64,000 bases of DNA from Dehalococcoidia bacterium (GCA_050011565.1 JBEKIW010000002.1:96001-160000); one strand, 5' to 3'; shown: positions 19,125 through 28,846, counted from the stretch's first letter. Numbers and translations: made by a program. The notes: generated by a model from the sequence alone, not told the origin.

Positions 19125-19152
19125 TTATATAGATGGCCGAAAGACCTGTCAA
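19124..19152 (-). promoter_or_regulatory. Sigma70 promoter of the nrpR-hisF-glutamate synthase operon
   Basis: Minus strand TTGACA (19152-19147), 17 bp, TATAAT (19129-19124): perfect consensus. Confidence 0.85.
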
Positions 19153-19165
19153 TCCCTCGCTAACC

Positions 19166-19194
19166 TTGACTGTGAATGCATCAAAAAGTAATAT
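19166..19194 (+). promoter_or_regulatory. Putative divergent promoter for the CoA-transferase gene
   Basis: TTGACT-N17-TAATAT. Confidence 0.55.
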
Positions 19195-19233
19195 TAGTGA
19201 AATTCACGAATCGTTGGTTAGGATGAAAGCAGC

Positions 19234-20451
19234 ATGTTGGCTTTGGAAGGTATAAGAATCCTGGACCTCACCCATTTGGTACCGGGTGCTTTATGCACCA
19301 TGATTCTGGCTGATTTGGGAGCCGATGTAATTAAAGTGGGAACGGCAGCCGGCGCTGGCGGTCGGGGTGCCGGAGTGGGCATGATGCTCACAGCCGACGA
19401 AGAGAAAAAGGTAGCCGCTTTCGATGCCTTGAACCGCAACAAGCGGAGCATCGGGCTTAATCTCAAGTCTGACAAAGGCCGGGAAATATTCTATAAGCTG
19501 GCGCAGACGGCTGACGTCGTTGTTGAAGGTTTCAGGCCGGGCGTGGTGAAGCGGTTAGGTATAGACTACGAAAAGATAAAGGCAATTAATCCCCGCACTG
19601 TCTATTGCTCCCTAAGCGGCTACGGGCAGGACGGCCCCTACAGTAATTTCTCCGGACACGACATAAATTATATTTCGATAGCCGGCGCTCTTAATATCCT
19701 GGGCGCACCGGACCGCCCGCCGGCGGTTCCCCTGAACCTGCTGGCTGATTTTGCCGGTGCCTCACTGCACGGTGTCATCGGCATACTGACTGCATTTGTA
19801 GCCAGAGACAAAACGGGCAAGGGGCAGTACGTGGATATAGCCTATACGGATGGGGCAATGAGCCTCATGAGCTGGTTTATCAGCAGCTATTTCGCCGGCG
19901 GCTGCACGTTCAACAGAGGCGAAACCTGGCTACATGGTGCCTATCCCTACTATGGCGTATACGAAGCTAAAGACGGCAAATATATCAGCATCGGCTGTGT
20001 CGAACCCTGGTTTTGGGAGAACTTGTGCCGTGCCCTGGGCAAAGAAGAATATATCCCTTACTGCATTTCACCGGAACACTTTCTGCACAAGCCGGAGGGC
20101 GAAAAATGGGAAGAAATCTCTTCCTATCTCAAGAAGGCCTTCCTCACCAGGACCAGGGATGAGTGGTTCGAATTCCTGACCGGCAAGGACGTGCCGGTAG
20201 GCAAAGTCTACGGCTTCGATGAAGTGTTTAATGACCCTCAGGTACTGCACCGTAAAATGGTTTTAGAAATAGACCATCCCACGTTGGGGAAAGTGAAACA
20301 CCCGGGCATAGCCGTTAAGCTGTCCGACACTCCAGGCAAGGTGAGAAGCCTGGCACCTATCGCCGGGGAAAATACTGAAGAGATATTGCGTGAGTTAGGC
20401 TATAATAAACGGCAGATCGGAAAGTTGCGTCAGTCCGACGTAATAGGTTAA
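19234..20451 (+). CDS. Family III CoA-transferase (CaiB/BaiF)
   Basis: LADLGADVIK, NRNKRSI, EGFRPGV..RLG, SGYGQDGP, GHDINY. Confidence 0.95.
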   Translation: MLALEGIRILDLTHLVPGALCTMILADLGADVIKVGTAAGAGGRGAGVGMMLTADEEKKVAAFDALNRNKRSIGLNLKSDKGREIFYKLAQTADVVVEGFRPGVVKRLGIDYEKIKAINPRTVYCSLSGYGQDGPYSNFSGHDINYISIAGALNILGAPDRPPAVPLNLLADFAGASLHGVIGILTAFVARDKTGKGQYVDIAYTDGAMSLMSWFISSYFAGGCTFNRGETWLHGAYPYYGVYEAKDGKYISIGCVEPWFWENLCRALGKEEYIPYCISPEHFLHKPEGEKWEEISSYLKKAFLTRTRDEWFEFLTGKDVPVGKVYGFDEVFNDPQVLHRKMVLEIDHPTLGKVKHPGIAVKLSDTPGKVRSLAPIAGENTEEILRELGYNKRQIGKLRQSDVIG

Positions 20452-20475
20452 AATTTCAGTCAAGGGGGTGAAATT

Positions 20476-20721
20476 ATGCCAGCGAAAGCCTTCGTGTTAA
20501 TTGAGACGGAAGTAGGCAGGACCAAGGACGTAGTAGCCACGCTCCAAGCTCACAAAGTCAAGGAGATTAAATCGGTTGACCTGGTAACGGGCCCCTACGA
20601 TGTCATCGCTGTTGTGGAACATGACGATTTTAATGCTGTCGGCAGCCTGGTCACCGAGAAGATACATCCCATACCGGGCATAAAGAGAACGGTTACCTGC
20701 CTCTCAATCCGTGTATCCTAA
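20476..20721 (+). CDS. Lrp/AsnC ligand-binding domain protein
   Basis: AFVLI..VTGPYDVIA..IPGIKRTVTC. Confidence 0.85.
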   Translation: MPAKAFVLIETEVGRTKDVVATLQAHKVKEIKSVDLVTGPYDVIAVVEHDDFNAVGSLVTEKIHPIPGIKRTVTCLSIRVS

Positions 20722-20735
20722 TAAATCCTAAATTC

Positions 20736-21077
20736 ATGGACTGTGTTTTTTGCCGTATCGTAGCCGGAGAGATACCGGCTGAGATTGTTTATCAGGATAA
20801 AGCGCTGCTAGCTTTCCGTGATATAAATCCGCAGGCACCTACACACATTCTTATCATACCCAAATCTCATATCGCCTCACTGGCTGACACTACCGCCAAA
20901 CATCAAGCGCTGATGGGCCGCATCATCTTGCTGGCCAGGGACTTAGCTGAGAAAGAAGGTATTTCAGCCAGCGGTTATCGATTGTCAGTAAGTACCGGTG
21001 CTGACGGCGGTCAGCTCGTACCTCACGTCCACTTTCATCTGCTTGGCGGCCGGAAACTTAGCGACATGCTGGGGTAA
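20736..21077 (+). CDS. Histidine triad (HIT) nucleotide-binding protein
   Basis: DCVFCRIV, AFRDINPQAPTH, HVHFHLLGG. Confidence 0.95.
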   Translation: MDCVFCRIVAGEIPAEIVYQDKALLAFRDINPQAPTHILIIPKSHIASLADTTAKHQALMGRIILLARDLAEKEGISASGYRLSVSTGADGGQLVPHVHFHLLGGRKLSDMLG

Positions 21078-21081
21078 GACT

Positions 21082-21942
21082 CTAATTACCGCCGGAGAGC
21101 GATTCCAACTTCAGCACCACTTCCTCAATGGCTTCGTCAGGCGTGGAAGCACCGGCGGTGACACCGATATTGCGCTTGTTCGAAAGCCAGTCTTTTTCTA
21201 TCTCGGCGGCAGTTTCTATTAGATGCGTCTCGACCAGAGATGAGCATACCTCGGCCAGAAGCTGTGTGTTGGCGCTGTTATGCCCGCCAACCACTATCAT
21301 CAGGTCGCTTTTTCCAGCTAATTCAACAGCCGCCTGTTGACGCTTCTGTGTTTCCTGGCAAAGTGTATTTAGTATACGTATTTCATGGACAGCAGGGAAA
21401 ACAGCTTTAATAACATCGTTACAGAACTCAACAAACCTGGATTGACTCTGTGTAGTCTGCGAGATGATTCCCAGCCGGGGCGGCAGTTCCAAATTGGCTA
21501 CTTCGGCACCATTCAGCGTGGCCACAGCCTGATTTCCTGCCCAGCCGAGCAAGCCTTTGACTTCGGGGTGGGTAGCTTCGCCGAAAATAACGACGCGGAA
21601 GCCGGCGTCGGCCAGTTTTTTGGCGGCTTTTTGGGCACTGCCAACTATGGGACAGGTAGTATCAATAACCTGTAGCTTCCGAGCTTGAATTTGTGAGAGT
21701 AATTGCGGCGGTGCCCCGTGAGAGGCGATAGCCACGACTCTGTCCTGAACCTGGTCAAGCTCATTTACGACCTTGACCCCTGTCTCACTTAGCTTGGTTA
21801 CCACCAGACGATTATGTACTATGGGTCCCAGAGTGGCTATTTCGGGGTATTCCTTAGCCGCCTTATCGATTATTTTAATAGCTCGCCTGACACCGAAGCA
21901 GGAACCAAGCTGGCGAGCTTTTTTAACCTTTATTTTGGCCAT
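21082..21942 (-). CDS. ispH: 4-hydroxy-3-methylbut-2-enyl diphosphate reductase
   Basis: CFGVRRA, GPIVHN, SHG, DTTCP, HPEV, QTT, NTLC, SANT, GVTAGASTP. Confidence 0.95.
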   Translation of the reverse strand: MAKIKVKKARQLGSCFGVRRAIKIIDKAAKEYPEIATLGPIVHNRLVVTKLSETGVKVVNELDQVQDRVVAIASHGAPPQLLSQIQARKLQVIDTTCPIVGSAQKAAKKLADAGFRVVIFGEATHPEVKGLLGWAGNQAVATLNGAEVANLELPPRLGIISQTTQSQSRFVEFCNDVIKAVFPAVHEIRILNTLCQETQKRQQAAVELAGKSDLMIVVGGHNSANTQLLAEVCSSLVETHLIETAAEIEKDWLSNKRNIGVTAGASTPDEAIEEVVLKLESLSGGN

Positions 21943-21965
21943 ATATGTCGGCTCTGGTAATCGGC

Positions 21966-22745
21966 TCAGCGGGGTTCGTATCTACCCCGGTATTTCGGAG
22001 GCAGTACGGCAGCGATTTTGCCCATTATGTATTCGGTGAGCTCTTTAAGTTTCCCTTCAGTTCGCTTTCCCGTAATCGGCGGCAAAGTAAAAGGCTTACC
22101 GAATGTTATGGTTACCGTCGGGCGAGTAAGCCAGCCGATTCCTTTCAACTTTTCCGTCCCCTGGATAGAAACTGGTATAACTGGAACGCCGGTATCTAAA
22201 GCCAAGAGCGCGCAACCAGTATATGCCTCTTTAAGGCAGCCGGACTTACTACGTGTGCCTTCGGGGTATATGCCGAACACGAGACCTTTTGCCAGCACAT
22301 CTTTTGCGTATTTAATTGCCATCCGCCTCTCTTCAGGAGTTCCACGGCGGCGCACAGGATAGGCTTCTGCGGCATCCATTAATATGCGGAATATGGGTAC
22401 GGGCCAATAGTAAAACAGCTCCTCCTTGGCCATAACGATGCTATCGCGGGGCAGAATGCTGATTATATGTAGAGGCGGGTCTATCAAGTTGAGGTGATTG
22501 AATACCGCGATGATAGGGCCGTCTGGCGGCAGGTTTTCCTTATCTTTTATCTCTAAGCGGACAAAAACCCTAAGTACACCTTCGACTAATGCTCTGGCTA
22601 TCTTAAAAGTTATCTTGGAAGTTGGCCTTCTTAATCTTCGTTTGACTATTCCGCCTTTGATTGGGAATTCATATACAGAAGCCTGAGTTCGCTTTTGTTT
22701 AGCAGTGTTGAAATATCCGCGAGTTTTGGTCCGGTCCGCAATCAT
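21966..22745 (-). CDS. plsC: Lysophospholipid acyltransferase (PlsC family)
   Basis: NHLNLID, MAKEEL, YPEGTRS. Confidence 0.88.
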   Translation of the reverse strand: MIADRTKTRGYFNTAKQKRTQASVYEFPIKGGIVKRRLRRPTSKITFKIARALVEGVLRVFVRLEIKDKENLPPDGPIIAVFNHLNLIDPPLHIISILPRDSIVMAKEELFYYWPVPIFRILMDAAEAYPVRRRGTPEERRMAIKYAKDVLAKGLVFGIYPEGTRSKSGCLKEAYTGCALLALDTGVPVIPVSIQGTEKLKGIGWLTRPTVTITFGKPFTLPPITGKRTEGKLKELTEYIMGKIAAVLPPKYRGRYEPR

Positions 22746-22835
22746 GGCCCCCTCCTTTCCTGAGCTGCGTGGTTAATATTATAAATTATAAGCCCCATGT
22801 CAAGCCATTACGAAAAAATGAAACATCTTTTGTGG

Positions 22836-24542
22836 TTACAGAATCAAATTCAGCAGGCAACCGACAATCAACGCTGAAACTATCATGATACCGGTGGCTT
22901 TAAGCATATCTCTGATGCCCAGCTCTCGAGCCAGTATGGCGAAGGTAGCCACACAGGGAAAGGACATAGCCAGAAGTGTACTGCTTATCACTAGCTGCTT
23001 GGCGGTTAACCCCAGCGGGGCCAGCATTCCCATGGCTACGTCTTTGCGTAGAAAGCCGACAGCCAGGGCTACAACCGTCTCCTTGGGCAGTCCCAGAAGC
23101 CCGTTAATCACCGGTGCCGCGATATTAGCTATATAATTAAAGACGTTCAGCATATAAAGGATGTTCACCACAACTACCGCTCCGAGCACTATAGGTAGTG
23201 CTTCTTTTATAAAGCTGGAGACCCTTAGCCAGAGCTTATCTCCGATAACCCGCCACGGCGGGAAACGATATGGTGGAATCTCCATTATGATTTCCGGGCT
23301 GAACCCTTTCACCACACGATTGAGTATGAGCCCTATGATAATCCAGGATACAAATAAGCTGCCGTAGACGATAGCCACATATTGTATGCCCTGTTGCCCC
23401 ACCAGGCCGACAATCATAGCTTGCAATGCCGCGCAGGGAACAGCAATAGAAATCAGGGTAGCCGCAATGAATCTCTCCCGCCGGCTTTCCAGCATTCGGG
23501 TGGCCATAATCGCCGGTACATTACATCCAAAGCCGAGTATGGTAGGTATTATGGCGTAACCATGTAGCCCCAATCTGTGCAACAAGGTGTCCATTAAAAC
23601 CGCCAGGCGCGGCAGATAGCCGATATCTTCAAGTATCCCCAATATGAAGTAAAAGGCAACGATGTAAGGTATCACCACCCCGAACTCGATATAAAGCCCG
23701 GTGCTGAGCAAACCGAGGGACTGAAAATAGTCAATTTGCCCGTTTATAAGCTTGCCTACCAGTATATCGTGCCAAAAACCTCCCGAGCCCAAAGCCAGGC
23801 TCAGCTTCATAAGCAATGGCGTCCACAGCCAGTGGAAAAGAGGGTCTGTTATATAGTTTATAATACCCTCGCCGATAAAGCGGATTATGAAGAAGGTAGC
23901 AATAAGAACTACGAGGGCGATAGCCGCCCCACCTGCCGGATGGCTGCTGGCGTCCTCCAGAACCTCGCGCCAGGTGTGGTGGCGATGAGTCAGTGATTGT
24001 ACCTGGCTCACGATATCGCCGATTTTCGCCCAACGCTCGTCGCTGGTGGAATAAGTCATCTGAGGTGCTGCTGCCTCGGAAAGGCGGCTGACCAGTTCCC
24101 TGATGCCCTGTCCGGTTACACCCACCGTGGGGACAACCGGTACCCCCAGACGTTCTTGAAGCCCGGCAACATTTATGTTTATTCCCCTGTGGCGAGTATC
24201 GTCCCACATATTAAGCGCTACTATCACCGGCACCGGCCTTTCCAGTAATTGCAGGGTTAGGTTAAGATTTCTCTCTAGATTGGTGGCATCAACCACATCG
24301 ATTATCAAGTCCCCTTCCTTCAGCATTTCGGCAGCCACCTCTTCTGCCTTGCTGGTCGGCTCCAGAGTGTAAGTGCCGGGGACGTCTATAATCTCAGCCT
24401 GTTCCTGGCCGAGCCTCAAAGAGCCTTTAGTGAACCCGACAGTGGTGCCGGGATAATTCGAAGCAATAGTGCGCGTGCCGGTAAGCCGGGAAAAGAGAAC
24501 ACTTTTACCCACATTCGGGTTGCCCATTAGTAGAATCTTCAT
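22836..24542 (-). CDS. feoB: Ferrous iron transporter B
   Basis: GNPNVGKS, NYPGTTV, DVPG, NMWD, GYLPRLA, GFGCNVPA, MEIPPY. Confidence 0.95.
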   Translation of the reverse strand: MKILLMGNPNVGKSVLFSRLTGTRTIASNYPGTTVGFTKGSLRLGQEQAEIIDVPGTYTLEPTSKAEEVAAEMLKEGDLIIDVVDATNLERNLNLTLQLLERPVPVIVALNMWDDTRHRGININVAGLQERLGVPVVPTVGVTGQGIRELVSRLSEAAAPQMTYSTSDERWAKIGDIVSQVQSLTHRHHTWREVLEDASSHPAGGAAIALVVLIATFFIIRFIGEGIINYITDPLFHWLWTPLLMKLSLALGSGGFWHDILVGKLINGQIDYFQSLGLLSTGLYIEFGVVIPYIVAFYFILGILEDIGYLPRLAVLMDTLLHRLGLHGYAIIPTILGFGCNVPAIMATRMLESRRERFIAATLISIAVPCAALQAMIVGLVGQQGIQYVAIVYGSLFVSWIIIGLILNRVVKGFSPEIIMEIPPYRFPPWRVIGDKLWLRVSSFIKEALPIVLGAVVVVNILYMLNVFNYIANIAAPVINGLLGLPKETVVALAVGFLRKDVAMGMLAPLGLTAKQLVISSTLLAMSFPCVATFAILARELGIRDMLKATGIMIVSALIVGCLLNLIL

Positions 24543-24560
24543 CGTTACACGCGAGGAGCT

Positions 24561-24812
24561 TTAAGCGGAAGTATCGATTTCAACCAGTATTTTTTTGGCC
24601 ATACCGAAGCCAACTGCTACCTGCGTGTGGTCCGTCCTGAGGGTGACCGGACCATGAAATAGCATGGTGCTTATTTTGGTCACCTTCTTCCCTGGCCTGA
24701 TACCGAGAGCTTCAAGGCGCTGATTCAAGCCCCGACCTCCAAGAATTCGAATTATGGTGCCGGTCTGTCCGGCGCTCATTTGACCTAAAGTTAATTGCAT
24801 GTTTTCAGACAT
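24561..24812 (-). CDS. feoA: Ferrous iron transport protein A
   Basis: RLEALGIRPG..GPV..VAVG; start uncertain (24812 or 24800). Confidence 0.88.
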   Translation of the reverse strand: MSENMQLTLGQMSAGQTGTIIRILGGRGLNQRLEALGIRPGKKVTKISTMLFHGPVTLRTDHTQVAVGFGMAKKILVEIDTSA

Positions 24813-24819
24813 AAAACCG

Positions 24820-25284
24820 TTAATTCCTGCTTGATATTGTTTTGCTTTCATTCTCACGGCAGCCGGAGCATAAGCCCGTCATGTCGATTTCGATGTCGGT
24901 GATATCGAAGCCATATTTCTTGCCGATGTCCTCTTTTAACTTTCCACTAATAGGATAGTCAAACTCAACGACTTTGCCGCAACGAATGCACAGCAGATGC
25001 TGGTGTTCTTCACCTGATTTCACCTCATAATGATGATGCTCCTCATCGAAGTGGCGCTCATCTACCAATTCCAGCTTCTTAAAAAGCTGCAGGTTTCGAT
25101 ATACTGTGGACAGGCTTATCCGCGGGTACTTCTTCCGTGCCCGGCGATACAGTTCATCGGCGTCAACATGCCCGCCGCTGCGACGGAGCAGCTCCAGCAG
25201 AAGAGTACGCTGGGCTGTCACTCGCTGACTTGAATTATTTAATAACTGTCGAACTCCAGCTTTCTGTTTTATCTTTTTAACCAT
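24820..25284 (-). CDS. fur: Fur-family transcriptional repressor
   Basis: RVTAQR, STVYRNL, HQHLLCIRCG, CSGC; heads the feoAB operon. Confidence 0.9.
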   Translation of the reverse strand: MVKKIKQKAGVRQLLNNSSQRVTAQRTLLLELLRRSGGHVDADELYRRARKKYPRISLSTVYRNLQLFKKLELVDERHFDEEHHHYEVKSGEEHQHLLCIRCGKVVEFDYPISGKLKEDIGKKYGFDITDIEIDMTGLCSGCRENESKTISSRN

Positions 25285-25305
25285 AATTCAGCTCCACTTT
25301 AACGC

Positions 25306-25355
25306 TAATGCTAATCATTTGCATTAAGTCTACAGTATTTAAAGTCACATGTCAA
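25306..25355 (-). promoter_or_regulatory. Promoter (TTGACA-N17-TAGACT) with adjacent Fur-box-like palindrome
   Basis: -35 at 25355-25350, -10 at 25332-25327; TAATGCTAATCATTTGCATTA at 25306-25326. Confidence 0.75.
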
Positions 25356-25474
25356 ACCGGGGGAAACAACATCCTGTCGCATTAACCCTGAGAAACCTTT
25401 CCGCTTTTGCAGGCAGGTATGGTATTATCTGATATAGAGAACCACGAATAAGCACAGGTAGTGGAGGAAAAGCC

Positions 25475-26224
25475 ATGCGACGCTATTCGAATCTCATTAT
25501 CCTTGCCGTCATCCTTATTGGCATCTCTGCCCTGTTATATTTTGTTCACTACTTGATTTTTAGAGATGCCCATCACATATTTATCTACATGGTTGGCGAC
25601 CTGGCTTTCCTGCCACTTGAAGTGTTCCTGGTGGTCGTCGTAATCGAGCGTGTGCTGGCCAGCCGGGAGAAGCAAGCCATCATGCAGAAGCTTAATATGG
25701 TCGTGGGCGCTTTTTTCAGCGAGGTGGGAAACGACTTACTTCAAAGGCTACTCGTTTGCTTCGAAAAAAGCGATGACATCAGGCGACACCTTGATGTCAA
25801 ACAGAACTGGAGCCGCGCGGATTTCAATAAAGCACTGGCTTTTGCTAGAACCATGGATAGTGAAGTTGATTTTAGCAGCCTTGCCCTCTATGCGCTTAAA
25901 AAATTCCTGGTTCAGAAGCGGCATTTTTTACTGGCTCTGCTGGAAAACCCAAACCTTCTGGAGCATGAACGCTTTACAGACTTACTGTGGGCGACGTTCC
26001 ACCTGACCGAGGAGCTGGAAGCACGGGAATCACTGACAGGCCTTCCGGCGGCTGACCTTAAGCACATCGCCGGCGACACCCAGCGGGTGTATCGCCTGCT
26101 AATAGTCGAGTGGTTATTCTATGTGGCACACCTGAAATTAAAATATCCTTATCTATTCTCTCTGGTGGCACGCACGCATCCCTTCCAGGAGCGCCCCTCG
26201 CCGGTGGTTACTAACGGCCGGTAA
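25475..26224 (+). CDS. Hypothetical membrane protein (2 N-terminal TM helices)
   Basis: Hydrophobic N-terminus, GGAGG SD, LLENPNLLEHE..YPYLFS. Confidence 0.75.
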   Translation: MRRYSNLIILAVILIGISALLYFVHYLIFRDAHHIFIYMVGDLAFLPLEVFLVVVVIERVLASREKQAIMQKLNMVVGAFFSEVGNDLLQRLLVCFEKSDDIRRHLDVKQNWSRADFNKALAFARTMDSEVDFSSLALYALKKFLVQKRHFLLALLENPNLLEHERFTDLLWATFHLTEELEARESLTGLPAADLKHIAGDTQRVYRLLIVEWLFYVAHLKLKYPYLFSLVARTHPFQERPSPVVTNGR

Positions 26225-26266
26225 GCATTCGGTTTTTGGAACTATAAATATGGTTAAGACGTTATC

Positions 26267-26977
26267 ATGAAGCGGTCTACATTGCTTGTATTTGCGCATC
26301 CGGACGACGAGAGCTTCGGCATGGCTGGCACCATCAAAAAGTATACGCAACAAGGCGTGCCCGCAGACTTGATATGCGCCACCCGTGGTGAAAAAGGCTC
26401 GCGCGTGAATGTGCCAGCTAATATAGACACGGGCACAGCACGCGAAGCCGAAGTACGCGCTGCCGCTGCCATCATAGGCATCAGGGATATCTATTTCCTG
26501 GGTTATATTGATGGCGAGCTGGACAAGGCCGATGTGGAGGAAGTCGTAAACAAGATAAAGGATATAATTCGACGTGTTCAACCGGAAATAGTTATAACCT
26601 TCGGGCCGGATGGCATAACAGGCCATAACGATCACGTAGCTATAGGTAAAGCTGCCACAAAGGCATTCGAAAGGCTATCAGTAGAGGAAAGCGGGCCGCG
26701 GAAGCTGTACTACGTAACAATTGCAGCGAGCGCCGTGCCGAACGCCGACGATTTCGGCGTGGCCACTCGTCCCGACGAAGAGGTCACTATTTCTACCGAT
26801 ATTTCGGACTACCTCGATTCGAAAATTCAGGCTATCGCAGCTCACAGGTCCCAACAGGATGCCCGCGAATTTATCAAGATACTGGAAGAGAGCAGGGAAT
26901 CAGGGTTCGCTGAAAAGGAGTACCTGTATCTGGCTATACCCGGGAGCACTGCCAAGGAGACAGACCTATTTCAGTAA
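26267..26977 (+). CDS. PIG-L/MshB-family deacetylase
   Basis: AHPDDE, TRGEKG, GHNDH, AHRSQ. Confidence 0.92.
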   Translation: MKRSTLLVFAHPDDESFGMAGTIKKYTQQGVPADLICATRGEKGSRVNVPANIDTGTAREAEVRAAAAIIGIRDIYFLGYIDGELDKADVEEVVNKIKDIIRRVQPEIVITFGPDGITGHNDHVAIGKAATKAFERLSVEESGPRKLYYVTIAASAVPNADDFGVATRPDEEVTISTDISDYLDSKIQAIAAHRSQQDAREFIKILEESRESGFAEKEYLYLAIPGSTAKETDLFQ

Positions 26978-26981
26978 GATA

Positions 26982-27539
26982 CTACTGCCTCAACCTTTTG
27001 GACAAAGCAACCAAAGCCTCGAGCAATTGCTTTATTATGTTCCTGGCCGTTTCGTCGGTCAGCTTTCCCTGCTCGTCAATCTTCTGACCGGCGAAGTTTA
27101 CAAAAACCTCAGGTCTGTTTACCGGATACATATCGAGGAAAACGAAAATTTGCCTGAGGTGATATTGAGCTCTGGCACCGCCCAACATGCCCGTTGAGGC
27201 GCTCATTATGGCAGCCGGCTTGCCCTCAAAGGAATTATCCCCGTGGGGTCGTGACGCCCAATCGATAGCGTTCTTGAGAACTCCCGGAACGGAATAGTTA
27301 TGTTCCGGCGTGGCTATCAATATGGCGTTAGCGGCTCTTATCTTGGCCTTGAATTCTTTAACTTTTTCCGGCACGCGGCTTTCCAGTTCCTGGTTAAAGG
27401 GTGGAATTCCTTCGAGGTCGAAGATTTCAAGCTTTGCTTCCTTCGGCAATAGCTCTGCGGCGGCTCGTAGCAAAGCCTTATTGTAAGAGCCCTTTCGCAG
27501 ACTGCCGGCAAAACCCAGAATAAGTAGCTGTTTTTCCAT
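26982..27539 (-). CDS. NAD(P)H-dependent FMN reductase
   Basis: GSLRKGSYN, TPEHNYSVPGVLKNAIDWASR, GGARAQ. Confidence 0.95.
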   Translation of the reverse strand: MEKQLLILGFAGSLRKGSYNKALLRAAAELLPKEAKLEIFDLEGIPPFNQELESRVPEKVKEFKAKIRAANAILIATPEHNYSVPGVLKNAIDWASRPHGDNSFEGKPAAIMSASTGMLGGARAQYHLRQIFVFLDMYPVNRPEVFVNFAGQKIDEQGKLTDETARNIIKQLLEALVALSKRLRQ

Positions 27540-27763
27540 GTCACCCTCCCCTTATACTTCTGTGTTCGTCACACGTGTCACAGCAAGCTCCACTAATTAT
27601 CACTTTAGGCAGCGCCAATGCTTTTGTCAAGAACCTGGCACTCGTGCTGCGAACCAAACTATCTCAATTTTACATTTATTTAATTTTATGTCAGAAGGAT
27701 TTTATGACTTCTTTATATTCTGCTTCATACAATATATAAGAACAAGACTGAGGAGATGAGACT

Positions 27764-28846
27764 ATGAAGAAATTTCTTCCGTTGCTGCTAATATCGCTAT
27801 TTCTTATTATCGGTCCAAGTTGCGTCTCGCTACTGCCTGCCATTGTTACCTTTGAGGCCAATCCGGCTGTTATAACCGCCGGCCAATCGGCAACCCTAGT
27901 TTGGAACGCGTCGGGCACTAGTTCGGTTTCTATCGACCAGGGCCTGGGTGCAGTGCCGGCTGCCTCCAGTCAAATTGTGTTCCCTACTGTCACAACTGTT
28001 TATACCCTGACAGCGAGCAATCTCGCCGGCGCCACGTCAAAATCAATAGTTATCAGCGTTAACCCAGCACCCATTGTTATAAACATCGACGTTAATCCGG
28101 CGGTCATTAATTCCGGCGTTTCAGCAGCTTTGATATGGAGTGTATCGAATGCCAACTCCGTTTCTATCGACCAAGGCATAGGAAGCGTACCTCTAACCGG
28201 GAATAAACTGGTATCACCGACAGATACCACTACGTATACTCTTACAGCCAGTGGTCCTGCCGGTACGGTAACCAAATCAGTCGTTCTCAGTGTTAATGCG
28301 CCTATCGTTGCCGTCTTTAACGTTGATCCAAACATAATCGCTGTGGGTCAGTTGTCGAATCTGCACTGGGATGTAACGGGGGCAAGCTCCGTTACTATAG
28401 ACCAGGGCATAGGCGATGTTCAACCAGTCGGCTCAAAAATAGTATATCCCTACTACAGTACAACATATACTCTGACCGCAAGCAGCAGTTGTTGCAGCGT
28501 CAGCAAGGCGGTGGTGCTTACTGTTGGTAACTATTATCCATATCAACTGCCTTACGGCTATCCTTACGGATTCCCTCCCAACTATCCCTACAGGTATGGC
28601 TATCCTTATATGCACGGTCCTTTCATTGATATTCTTAACATCGGCCCCAGCACCATACCTGCTGGCAATACGGCAATCTTATCCTGGCATGTCACTGGCG
28701 CTAATACAGTTGTAATTACCGGCTTAGGCACGGTACCATCCAGCGGCTCAGCCCCGGTATCACCTGCCAGCACTACTACTTATACTTTAACTGCTATCAA
28801 CGACTTCACCACCACAACCGGTAGTGTTACGGTTACGGTTTACTAA
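27764..28846 (+). CDS. Exported (probable lipo)protein with four Ig/PKD-like repeats
   Basis: Signal peptide ending PSC; 4x P..I..G..A.L.W..SV.IDQG.G.V..YTLTA; Tyr/Pro-rich linker. Confidence 0.8.
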   Translation: MKKFLPLLLISLFLIIGPSCVSLLPAIVTFEANPAVITAGQSATLVWNASGTSSVSIDQGLGAVPAASSQIVFPTVTTVYTLTASNLAGATSKSIVISVNPAPIVINIDVNPAVINSGVSAALIWSVSNANSVSIDQGIGSVPLTGNKLVSPTDTTTYTLTASGPAGTVTKSVVLSVNAPIVAVFNVDPNIIAVGQLSNLHWDVTGASSVTIDQGIGDVQPVGSKIVYPYYSTTYTLTASSSCCSVSKAVVLTVGNYYPYQLPYGYPYGFPPNYPYRYGYPYMHGPFIDILNIGPSTIPAGNTAILSWHVTGANTVVITGLGTVPSSGSAPVSPASTTTYTLTAINDFTTTTGSVTVTVY

